Assembly: GCA_051530055.1 (NCBI GenBank)
Contig: CM121341.1
Coordinates: 3,338,151 to 3,402,150, forward strand
Source of the DNA: Neoechinorhynchus agilis
Taxonomy: Eukaryota; Animalia; Acanthocephala
DNA: 64,000 nucleotides
Direction of reading: 5' to 3'
The notes below the pieces were generated by a model. It made no database searches and was not told the origin of the DNA. It saw only the letters and a program-made list of their open reading frames with translations. Below, piece by piece: positions 25,296 through 37,051 of the stretch. Made by a program: the position numbers and the translations under genes. How positions within the stretch are numbered: position 1 is the first letter of the stretch; every line of letters starts with the position of its first letter.

Positions 25296-26356
25296 TTATT
25301 CTACTTTGACGTTATTCATGGTTTCAAGTGCAAGCATAAGAGCCTGAGTACCGCATAGTCCATGTCCATTTGCAACAACACTCGCATAGAGTTGGTGTGC
25401 GAGAGCGAGACCGGGTAAAGACAATTTCATTTGTGAAGCTTCATCGATAGCGATTTTTAGGTCTTTGACGAAATGATGGACATAGAATCCAGGTTCGAAG
25501 TTTCGGTCCAAGATACGTGGTCCATAGGTACTTAGACTAAACGACCCAGCCGCACCATTTTTTAAGAGGTCAATTAGATCATTAAGATTTAAACCAGCTT
25601 TGTATCCATAAATCAGTCCTTCACAGACACCCACCATCGCGGATGCAATCATTATTTGGTTTGCTGCTTTTGTTTGTTGACCGCATCCTGGTTTTCCCAT
25701 CAGCCGAACCGAAGATGTATACATTCCAATAAAAGCGGAGACTTCATCAAACAACTCCTTATCACCTCCAACCATACAAACCAATTTTCCTGCCCTGGCA
25801 CCTATATCACCACCAGATACGGGACCATCAAGAGTTCTAATCCCATTCTGTTTTGCGGCTTCGTAGATTTTGAGAGCCAACTCCGCCGAGCTAGTTGTGT
25901 GGTCAACTATCCGTGCTTTGGGTTTCATTAGATCTAACAAACCTTTGCGTTCGGATGAACCAAAAACAATGTCGTTTATTAGGTGACAATATATCTGCGA
26001 TCGAGTTTTCATTAAATAAATCTTTACTTCCACAAACCAATCTGCCTAAATTTCGGAATACGAATTAAGAGCAACAAACAATGAAGAAAAATAACAGAAA
26101 TATCACCACACGCAGTCACGTCTCTCGGATACCCGAGCATCAGGAACACTAAATCACATTTGGTTCCAATCTCATTTATTTCACTAAATTTAACCCTAGA
26201 ATCTTGAAGTAACGGCTCAGCCTTCGATGGCGTTCGATTGTAAACAAGAAACTGCATACTTTTACCAATCTCCGCAAATGCAGTTTTCTCAATCATATGC
26301 TGGCACATCCATCTCCCCATGACTCCCGTTCCGATCCAGCCTATCGTTTTTATCAT
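25296..26356 (-). CDS. NAD-dependent 3-hydroxyisobutyrate/2-hydroxy-3-oxopropionate reductase family dehydrogenase (YkwC-like), one intron
   Basis: IGWIGTGVMG Rossmann motif; YNRT; VDHTTS; DGPVSGGDIGA; GCGQQTKAANQI; FEPGFYVHHFVKDL; GTQAL. Confidence 0.9.
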
Positions 26357-26729
26357 CTATAAAAGTGCAAATGATTTGTGAATGTTGTTTTGATATTTGC
26401 ATCATTTCAAAATAGATTTAACTCTTAAACAGTTTATATATGTAAATAGGAATTGTATAGAAGCTTCACTTGACTCACATTCGCCTTAAATATTAAAATG
26501 AGTGGTGGAAATACCTTTTCCATGCACTATTTATTATCGATCCTAACAAAAGCACATCGAAGTAGCCCTATAATCGAGCAACGTGGTCAAATTTATTAGA
26601 TAAAATTTCCTGCAATTCTCAATATTAAAATCGGAATAAAGTAGCACCAATTTCAAAATATAAATATCGAAACATTGTTTAAGCATTTTAATGTTTTTTA
26701 GAGTAGAATGAAATTTATATAACCCCTGT

Positions 26730-26845
26730 GGATCACTCAGCGGTCGAAAGGACGGATGCAGCGTTCCTACGTTGGATATGTTTTGTAAGAGGAATGCTCC
26801 TGATCTCGGATCGCCAGTGATTCGTCTCAATCTCTTAGACAATTG
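26730..26845 (-). mobile_element. Divergent CRE-clade 3' fragment
   Basis: Translates to LSKRLRRITGDPRSGAFLLQNIS, homologous to the C-terminus of the 23237 element. Confidence 0.65.
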
Positions 26846-29086
26846 ATTGAAGATTTATTTTCATTTAGAAATGTTTAGCGGAAAAATATACAAATTTACA
26901 AACTCCATTTAATAATTGAGCTCAAATATTTCTTGTCTTTTCTTAGGAGCTGTGATTGCTGCGCATTCGTACACTCGTCTCTTTTCAAATACAGATTATT
27001 AATCAATATCTACGAGTTAAATTGTTTTGCTACGCTCTCTATGTTCTACAAAAACCAAGCAACAAACCTTTGGATCAACAGTATCGTGACTGTCAACAGA
27101 TTTCAGTCTTGTTAACGAGATTTATTCTGCATTCTAATTACATTGTTTGCCTTAAAATATCTGAAATGTTAATCGATAGGAATGATAGGCATTTCAATCA
27201 ATAACCGTCAACCAAAATTTAACCTCAGAAATTTTTAAATGTAAAGATCAAAAAGGACTTTTATTGTCTAATATTGGGTTAGTTTATACTTCTTGCTTAT
27301 TATTTTATATATTTTTTGTTGTTCGTACGGTCGCATTTCACAATATGAATCGAGGTTACGAGTACTTTACGTGTAAAAGACTTCCATTAAATCTTAAATA
27401 AATTTAAAAAGTACAAGGCTTTTAAGGATATAACCATTTCCTGTCAATGCTTGACAACCTTACAAAACTCGCTAATTCTTAAGGATATATAACCGAATCC
27501 TTTTACGTGTAAAAAGGCAGAATTGACCTAAAAAAAGATTTTCACATTAGTTTGAATATTTTTATCTTCAAGCAATTCAGAATACCAGCAAAGATGCAGA
27601 AAGATCTTGAGAATAGTAAAAAAATGACAACATATTTACGGATTAAATTGGACAAAAAGGATTAAAACTATTCTGTATTACAAGATTCACGAGTCTGGCT
27701 AGCCGGTTACGTTTATTCTGTGTTAAAGCGAAGGGGTTTTCCATGGCTGATAATTTTTCCTTCTACACATTACCCATTGATATGGTTCAAGGAAGAGCAC
27801 AAAAATTATTTACGCCCAAAATGTGGATTTCATTAATTTTGTATGTCATAAAGAGGTGCATGAGATTTTTTAAATCCATTTCAAAGAAAAAATTGACGAA
27901 AATTAAACGCATAAAGTGTTCATTTTTATTGAGAAAACTAAATTGAATGCACTTTTAACCGTCTTTTTTTCCAGATTTATAACCGTTTTCTAATATCGGT
28001 TATTTCTTTGCCTAAAGCGCTGTTAATCGATGGCAGCCATTTTAAATTACTAACCGCATTGCAAGATTTTTTCGACAATTAATTTGCAACTCCGACTTAA
28101 ACACATCGTTTGATATCTAAAAATTCTCGAGATGTGAGAATCGGTTTATATTCACGCAATTTCATCTACAAAGTGCGAATCTTTTAAAGACTAACAAACC
28201 GATTACAATTCATAATGCCACTGATTCAATATCCACCAGCAAAATCATTCTCATAATCATATGTTTGTCAATAACTCAGAAAAAGCAGTACAGCTGAATG
28301 TTTAGGCCATATTTTTATCAATATTTCGTGCCTTGAAGATAAATACAGCGCCCATAGTCGTATTGCGGTCAACAACATAATTTTCGGTATTTGGTGCAAT
28401 CTATAAAGTGGTTTGGTACATAATGAAATTGGATACAATTACACGTGAAAAATATTTTAAATTTTAAAATATTCCTCAACTTCCGAATGAGGCGCAATTT
28501 GATTAAATGATAAACGAGTGAGCGAAAATCGCTGTTTCATGGGTAAACGCGTTCATTCGATGAATTACAAAAGGCAATAGTTCAATGAGCGCTTGATTGG
28601 GCCGAACGAAAATTGGTAAGGTTTTATTACTAAGATAAACAATTTATTAAGACTCGAAATATGTTGCATAAAATGACAAAAATCATGATAATCGTAGAGA
28701 TTCTAGTAGTCGGATCATCATTGCGTTTATAAAGCATATTATTTCGTAATTTAATCTCTACAAAAAAAGAAGATTGCCTGATCACAACAGGGAAATTTAA
28801 AAGTTGTTAAGTTTTAAAAACGTTTTTTTTCTCGCAATTTTTAATGATAATGCAACCCTGCTTTTAATGGACGCTCGTGATATTGGATAGTTTGTTGAAA
28901 TTGCTTCCAAACTCGAGTTAAGAGGGTTTAATTAATGTATTCTCGCGAATTTCGACAACAAATCACAACACTGTCATAAGGACAAAACACGATTTGGCAA
29001 TAATTCTGATCGTATTGAAAAAAAGTAGCAAAAGCACGCAAGACCGATCACGCTCTATACAGCATCTTTTCTGATGTACCTCGAAG

Positions 29087-29338
29087 TCAGGAATACATGA
29101 GCTCAGCTGCTTCGGACATTTTGTTCATCATATTGAGTGATTTCTCAAGCATAAGAGCAAGTTCGTCTACTTCCCTGCTGTCAGTTGAGTTAAATCGTGA
29201 TTGGTTTGCATCATTGGGCTTTTTACTAAAGGACATATTAAAAATTATCGATTCGATGGCAATCGAATAATCTTACCTAATAACTGCTTTGCGTAATTTT
29301 TCGCAGAGGGCAGCGAGTTCCCTTTCTTCGTTACTCAT
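29087..29338 (-). CDS. 66-aa small helical/coiled-coil protein, 2 exons: join(29277..29338, 29087..29225)
   Basis: ctctag|ATG start; consensus GTAAG...CCTTTAG 51-nt intron at 29226-29276 keeps frame; MSNEERELAALCEKLRKAVISKKPNDANQSRFNSTDSREVDELALMLEKSLNMMNKMSEAAELMYS. Confidence 0.65.
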
Positions 29339-29890
29339 CTAGAGAACATTGATCAACGAGATAAACTAGTTCGTTTTTTATGCTGAAAACGCTAAACTAA
29401 ATCGTGTCGGATTCATTAAAATGGGAAACAATCGAAATGATGTGAACTGTAGAACTTGCCGTCAATTGAATTTAACTTTTTTGACAAACACAAAAATCAT
29501 AAAATAGTTACTAATGAGCGTATCAAAAGTATGATTTCGCAAATTTCGTGAATAAGATTTAATTTAAAGGGCGGAAAAAGCATGATTCGAATTCATGTCA
29601 TTTTCTATAACTCGTTTCAACTTTCGTTTTCGAGTAGTTCTTATTCATCGATTAGTCACCTGAGGTGTGTTGGTTCAGGTAGAAGAATTATTGTTTAGAA
29701 GTCTGTACCCACGGTAAATAATTTTTTCGTTTCAGTTTTAAAATATAACTTGTATTTTAGAACTGATTATGAACGGTTTTAATCGAAAAAATTATTACAA
29801 TAATCCAGGTGAATTATATAAACATTTCCTGATTTCTTGGATTATTATCTTCGACGGAAAAGATACTTTTTTTCTTAGTTTTGCCACCGT

Positions 29891-30054
29891 GGATTTACGT
29901 TCACTAATTTATTACCGATATTTCACCTCTCGGATAATTCCGACATTTTCTCAAGGTTTGTCTTGAAAAACTTACAAGCAATGATAAACCTTGATAAAAT
30001 GTAAGAATTATCCGAGAGGTGAAATATCGGTAATAAATTAGTGAACGTAAATCC
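29891..30054. repeat. MITE-like foldback with perfect 50-bp inverted arms
   Basis: 29891-29940 is the exact reverse complement of 30005-30054; inner imperfect stem acattttctcaaggttt/aaaccttgataaaatgt. Confidence 0.9.
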
Positions 30055-30996
30055 GGGTTCGCAAAACAAAGAAAAAGAAAATATTTCCTTTGAAAAACTG
30101 AGTAATACCAAAATATTTTCCCGAGTTATGATTATTATCCCAATGAGTCAATTCTTTGCAAGATGAATAAGAACAAATTTCGCAAACTGTTGAATATGTC
30201 AGAGTTGTATGGAGTTTAAGAAGTTTACTTAAAAATAAAGATTATTATAAAGGATATTGAGACCTTACAAACCTTTACAAAAGCGGTACTTCAGATCTTA
30301 AGAAACGAGACTTATTAATCTCTAGTCGTGGACAATACAACGGATTAAAAACTTGGTTTTATTGTTTGAAAATTGAATGTATAAAATTTAAATTGATCCT
30401 AATGAAGGGTACACAGATATACAAGAATTTGAAAATATTTTACATTGAGATCAAAAAATAGAAGCTTTTATAATGTTTGTAATAAAATTTATTCAATAAA
30501 AAATAGGGAAACTTTTTAAATTATAATTGCTTTCGGAAGTTTCAAAGACAAAAAACAATCTTGAGGTTATGTGACAGCTTTATTCTCAGCAGTAGTCATT
30601 GGACAAGATTAATAATGAATATTTTGTCCTAAAAAAAGTATACTAAGATGAAAAAACATCAACAACCTGAACCGCTGTGTTCGAAATGAAGTGTAAAATA
30701 ATGCCCGGCTCTGTGTTAACTTTGTTCAATGAAATTCGACTGAAACGTTTGCTTTTGGTTACCCGATACAGATTTAAAAACGCATTAAATTTCATCGACT
30801 TAATTGATACAAAAATAATTAATTTCTTTTTAGTGAAAGATTAGCGAAGCCATCCATTGCCTATTTAAAAATCGTCTAACATTATAAGCTCACATTACAA
30901 TGAAATTATTGAGCGCAAACCGAGCGAATTGAAGGGTTTTTCGTTAAACTTTTTCCAAAGAATGCTAAAGATACAATTTAATAAACATTTAAATAT

Positions 30997-31183
30997 TATA
31001 ATTATGGTGAACATAATCCCGGTCATAACCTATTTGATTAGATTAATTTACAATGAATGATGAGGCGAGATTACCTCCTTCGAAATATTTTCAATAAATC
31101 AAAATCAAATATAGGTTATGACCGGGGGTATGTTCACCAAAATTATACTTTGACTTACCCGGAGGATTTCTCCGTCGATGATT
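30997..31183. mobile_element. Short member of the Helentron-like foldback family
   Basis: Arms ggtgaacataatcccggtcataacctat / ataggttatgaccgggggtatgttcacc; cap hairpin GGAG-GATTT-CTCC at 31161-31173. Confidence 0.65.
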
Positions 31184-32939
31184 TAAATATTATTGGAGTA
31201 ATTGATGAGAAAAATGATTTCATCAGCATTTCGCATTTTCAAAATGAATCATCAGACATGTGAGTTTCGAAGGCTTTCTTCGTTCTAAGAAAAAAATCAA
31301 CTAAAGCCGAAATCGCGAAACAAAGACGGCGCAATTGGCATTTTCTACCTAAGAAATCTAACGCATTTGTCGTATCGGGATATCCATAAAGCTAAGACTC
31401 TTCAGACATGCGAACACTATGCAAACAGACTATGTAATTCCACATCGAAGGAATGTCTTTCACAAGTCTGCTTTGTTGTTAGCGATCCATTATTTGAATG
31501 TGTAGTCAATGAACATAATCACCTTTTCCGACAAGATAAATGTAGACTCAATAATATTTCTAACGATTACTTAAAATGCTTACTAGCTCCCGTTTTTAAA
31601 CTTAAGATAAACATTTTTTGTGGAAATTCATTCATAATCGTCATCTTGTTAAAGAAAATACTGAGAGCACCAAACATTGCCATTCGCAGATACCCAAATT
31701 ATAGATTTGCTTTTAAATTGACACCTTAATTCTCGTTAAGGGGGATTTTATTAAACATAACGGTGATTGGATTATCACCAGCCTTTGATTGAAGTGCAAA
31801 TAGATGAAAAACTAATGGATTAACCTTTTAGTTAAAAAAATATACAAATTTAAATCTTTTTATAATTCTCAAGATCACGGAATAAATTCAAATGTCGTAT
31901 AGAGAATACGCCTAAACTATAATTCTTAAATGTTATTCGTATCGTCATTTGATTTGATCAAGAAGTGAAAATTTTGAGTTTCGAAGTTCTGAAGACTTGC
32001 TTGATTTCATTAATAAACAGCAAAGCCTATGACAAATTGAGAAAAGTACAGCCTCGCAAATTCTTAATGTTCACGCAAAAAATTAAAGCGTAAAACTCGA
32101 AATCGTTGTTTTGTGGAGGAAACTTTTTTAAAGGTAATTCTTTAGACTTCAAGCAGTAAAATTTATTTCTAGAAAGTAAATAAATTTAGGCTTCTTGATT
32201 CGAAGAATTTTTTGTAAATTCTAAGGTAATTAAAGTTTTATCGTCGAATTCGGCTTGAATACCGATGGACAAACTGTAAGTTGACTTTAATAAAAACTTT
32301 ATTGTGAAATTCTAAAACGGCGCTTGCGAAAAAAAAAGTTTCACTGCCATAGCATACAATCGCCATTTATTTTTAGATAAACATCAATTCATTCCGAGAT
32401 ACTTCAAAAACTGAGAACCGAATCGAAATTAAAAAATTTTTTATATTTTTCTCTAAGTCCACGATTGATAATTTTCCTGAGCTTGTAAGTTTTCTACTAT
32501 GTAAGCTAAAAAACCGAAATATCGCATTCAATAAATAAATTACTTCAATCTTTCCGCCAAATAAAAAAACATTATCAGTGCAATCTTCAAACGAAATAAA
32601 AATTCTCTTTTTCCGATCCGAATGTCAATTCTGATTTCTTTTGAAATAGAATTTTTTCGACAAGAATTTCGTTCAATTTTTTTTTGCTTGAATGCAAGCG
32701 AAAAGCACGAAGGGAAAAGACTTTTAATAATTAAATTTCCATATAAAAGTGTTTAAATATTTCTACTTTTATCATTATGTTTCCTTCGGCTGTTACAAAC
32801 TTCAGAGACAATAAAATCAAGTCTATAAAACCATTTACGTGTAATTCTCGTTTGATAGAAACTTTAATTCCTTCACACAATTTTACAAATAAAGGTAAAC
32901 GTCGGCTAAAGTCAACATCGGATTTAAAATAAACCAATC

Positions 32940-33400
32940 AAACTAAAAGTATACATTGTAAAGAAACTATTCATTATAGTTTCAATTAGTGATGTTTGAT
33001 TCAGAAAAATAGATTTATCTTGAAAATTTTCGGCCTTTTTGTTCGCCTTCTTTAGTCAATTGATTGTAAGATTTTAAATATTCAAGAAAAAACTGACTGA
33101 AGACGACCAAAGAAAAGGCCGAAAATTTTCAAGATAAATCTATTTTCTAAATTAAACATCGCTAATTGAAACTGAAGCTAAAAGTATACATTGTAAAGAA
33201 ATTATTCATTATAGTTTCAGTTTCAATTAGCGATGTTTAATTCAGAAAAATAGATTTATCTTGAAAATTTTCGGCCTTTTTGTTCGCCTTCTTTAGTCAA
33301 TTGATTGTAAGTTTTTAAATATCCGACAAAAAACTGACTGAAGAAGACCAACGAAAATTCCGAAAATTTTCAAGATAAATCTATTTTTTTTGTTCATTAT
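32940..33400. repeat. Two tandem foldback units of about 240 bp; the arm sequence also occurs inside the DGCR8 hAT element (about 15405-15490)
   Basis: atagatttatcttgaaaattttcggcc / ggccgaaaattttcaagataaatctat inverted pair present twice. Confidence 0.8.
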
Positions 33401-33454
33401 TTTTAAAAATCTTTTTTTCAAATTAGACTTCTTTCTTTTAGTTTTCATTATATC

Positions 33455-33552
33455 CCTCATTCCGTGCCACTCCATTGGGCCGTTGTTATCACGCTTGCCG
33501 TGTTGCCCCGTTGAATAGCCGCACTGAAGCGTTGGATGAGGTAGTTCATATT
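33455..33552 (-). mobile_element. CRE-clade 3' fragment (third variant)
   Basis: Translates to NYLIQRFSAAIQRGNTASVITT. Confidence 0.7.
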
Positions 33553-34347
33553 CTATTTCGAAAATAAAATCCCAAATTTACCCCGTTACAAACATTTCGT
33601 CCACAATCGCCGTTTTTAAACATTTGACGAACATTCTGAGTTTACAATAAATTTTAGAGCTCTTCCACCAACAAAAAATTTCATCACCGACTAAAAAATC
33701 CATTAAAAACGATTTCAAGCTATACGACCAATCAAGTTTTTTCATTGTGGAAATTAATTTTTAGCTGATAAAATGGACTAAAATTGCAACTGCAGCCAAT
33801 AAAAGAAAAAGATATTTAAAGATCACAATTTTTTCAGAAAAAAATCACCACGTTTTATAGGACATTGAAAATAGTGATAATTCTTAGATTTTAGCGTTCA
33901 ATAAATACACATCAAAAGCGCTATTTTCCATAACATTAAAAACGACAAAACGTTCATAAAATATTCGCTGAGAGCCCAATAAAACGTTAAAAATCGGAAA
34001 ATCGTAAGGACGAAACGAAAGAAAAGTATCTGAGATCTCTAGCTTTACAGACCGGGTTTGATTGATCCTTTTTGTATTTTCGTTGTTTATAATCGAATCT
34101 TTTCATTGGAAGTGTGGTTAGCATTTCTTTGAATTGATTTATAGGGGTATTTCGATCATTACGACAACATTCGGTCTTTTTTAGCATTAAATGTTTTACT
34201 TTCGTTAGATATCTTTTTTCGTTTGTTCAAGATTTTAGTCTGTTTTTCACACTGATTTTTTATCAAATTCTTAAATCAGAGATTTGAATTGTTTCGTGAT
34301 GATGAAACTAAGAAACAATTGAGTCTTTCACTTTCGAAATATCTTTT

Positions 34348-35290
34348 AATTTTCGAGGCCTCAACTTCCTTATAGGAAAAACTCGACGTCTCTTATTTTC
34401 AAAACTTTTTTATTTTCTCTATACGGCGAGTTTTTAACTCCTAGAGATTAATTTTCGAGGCCTCAACTTCCTTATAGGAAAAACTCGACATCTCTTATTT
34501 TCAAATTAATAAAAAAAATTTTTTATTTTCTCTATACGGCGAGTTTTTAACTCCTAGAGATTAATTTTCGAGGCCTCAACTTTCTGATAGGAAAAACTCG
34601 ACGTCTCTTATTTTCAAATTAATAAAAAACTTTTTTATTTTCTCTATACGGCGAGTTTTTAACTCCTAGAGATTAATTTTCGAGGCCTCAACTTCCTTAT
34701 AGGAAAAACTCGACATCTCTTATTTTCAAATTAATAAAAAAAATTTTATTTTCTCTATACGGCGAGTTTTTAACTCCTAGAGATTAATTTTCGAGGCCTC
34801 AACTTCCTTATAGGAAAAACTCGACATCTCTTATTTTCAAATTAATAAAAAAATTTTTTATTTTCTCTATACGGCGAGTTTTTCCCACCTAGAGATTAAT
34901 TTTCGAGGCCTCAACTTTCTGATAGGAAAAACTCGACGTCTCTTATTTTCAAATTAATAAAAAACTTTTTTATTTTCTCTATACGGCGAGTTTTTCCCTC
35001 CTCGAGATTAATTTTCGAGGCCTCAACTTCCTTATAGGAAAAACTCGACGTCTCTTATTTTCAAATTAATAAAAAACTTTTTTATTTTCTCTATACGGCG
35101 AGTTTTTAACTCCTTGAGATTAATTTTCGAGGCCTCAACTTCCTTATAGGAAAAACTCGCCGTCTCTTATTTTCAAATTAATAAAAACCTTTTTTTATTT
35201 TCTCTATACGGAGAGTATTTCCCTCCTCGAGATTAATTTTCGAGGCCTCAACCTCCTTATAGGAAAAACTCGCCGTGTAGAGAAAATAAA
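34348..35290. repeat. Tandem array with a unit of about 112 bp, about 8.4 copies, ending about 40 bp before the POLR1E start
   Basis: aattttcgaggcctcaact at 34348, 34450, 34563, 34675, 34786, 34898, 35010, 35122 and 35235; each unit has an internal inverted repeat aaaaactcg(a/c)cgt / acggcgagttttt. Confidence 0.95.
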
Positions 35291-35331
35291 CTGAACTCCT
35301 CGACGGAAAAACGTTAATTTTCGGTCTATAG

Positions 35332-37051
35332 ATGCCAAAACGCAGCCTTCACTCACTAAGCCGCGATTCGACGAGTAATGATTCATTTGAAGCACAAAAA
35401 CAACGTCGGATGTCCAAAGCTGCTTTAAAAGATCTCGTTCATAAACGGTCGGTTGGTGACTTAATGTTTGTTCCCCGTACACTCGGAACTCCGTTCAATC
35501 AAAAAATGACAATCAAGGAGAGTTCGGAAAACGGTACTTGCTTTGCCACACTCAGTGGACTGGACTCCGTCACTTTACAAAGTCACAAAGACGATGGAGA
35601 CTATTGTAGAATTCGGCTTCTGAAAACCAATGATCTCGTCAAGCTGAAACTAATCGTAAAGGCTTTTTTGTTTATTCTGCTTTTAATTGGCGAGTCGAGG
35701 CAGAAATTAAATGATGATTTTATTTTTTTAAATCTGATTGGTTTAGGCGACGAAGCAACCTTACAAGATTGTGTGCCTCGTCTAAAAACCAATCAGATAA
35801 AAAAATCATTTCTCTCTCTCTCCGTCGACTCACCGGAAAACAACCTATTTATGAATAATTCAATCTTTAAACATTAGTTTAAAAAAGAATCAAGATGTTT
35901 TGAAATTGGAAACATCATTCAGGTCCTATAGAAAAAGGCTCTTTCGAAATCCGGGATCCGTCCATTTCTTCTTTTTTTATAATTCTTTGAATCGGGTGTT
36001 TAAGTGATCTAGAAGCCAAATCGATACCCTCCTTTGCACGGTTGAATCGGACACTGTAATCAAATCGGAAATATTAAGAGACCACAAACTAAGATTTGAT
36101 TTCCAACAACCCGAATTCGATACTCATCAATATGAGAAACCGCCGGACGAAGGAACATCTCACATGGTGGATCTTTTGTTCGGAAACGCCCGCGCTCAAA
36201 AGAAACAGCGAATGTACTACTTGAGAGAAAAGCACAATGCATCGCTTCTGACTAGCCTCGGTGATTCTTTAAAAGATGTTAAATCCCTCGGTAGCACAGA
36301 AGTTGGAGATGCTCGCATGGCTTTGCTTGAGACAACACTGCCTCCTTTTAATCTCAAAGCTACTCGTTGTCAAGACGTTTATAATATTTCAAACATTTAC
36401 GGGAGTGAAAGCGAACTAGAAAAGTATGATGAATTGATTATGAAAACACTAAGATCTGAATACGATATGAAGAGCGAGTGTTCCTATTTTCAAAGTCATA
36501 TTGAGTATATTCGGAAAAAAATCGGACCTTCTCTTGAATTCAAAGATGAAACCGATCCATTTTTGCGAAAAAGCCGACTTTTGTTTCTGTTCAATAATCT
36601 AATGGTTTTGTATAGAAGCAGTCGTAATTCTACAAAAGACGGCCAAGCCTTTTCTCGAGCTCTGAGATCATTGAACACTCAGTGTTTGGCTGAGTTCTAC
36701 TACCAAGCTCAAGATGGTTGTGAACTTCAATCTGGCAAATTGACTACGAAACTTCATAACGAAGCAAAGCTTCTAAACTATTTGTTCATCCTTGCGCTTA
36801 CAATTGATGACTATTGTACGGATACAACGTTTTTCGCTTATGATTTGCAGTTACCCGTTTTCAAAGTCTCGAACTTATTTAAGGCTATTGGATGTAGTAT
36901 CGATGCCAAAAATAACTGCAATAGCGCAACACTTAAAGCTCCACTTCAATTGAACCCGTACGCGTTTCTGACAAGTTCAAAGATGAAACGGCCAAACAAA
37001 GATGATGTTAGTGCTAATGGTTTGAATGTTAAATCCGAGCCAATCGTTTAA
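35332..37051 (+). CDS. POLR1E: RNA polymerase I subunit RPA49/PAF53; 5' exon structure approximate
   Basis: LLFGNARAQKKQR; LPPFNLKATRCQDVYNISNI; KLLNYLFILALTIDDY; LAYDLQL..FKAIGC..ATLKAPL. Frame is open from 36008; the upstream ORF at 35332 is probably the N-terminus. Confidence 0.8.

Noticed and set aside
23574-25309. Plus-strand ORFs (249, 99, 97 aa), and a similar one at 63526
   Set aside because: Antisense shadows of the GC-rich retrotransposon coding strand
31260-31740. 120-aa plus-strand ORF, and a minus-strand RNIIESTF segment reminiscent of a DDE transposase
   Set aside because: Non-ATG start and no domain on plus; the minus frame is broken and the motif is too short
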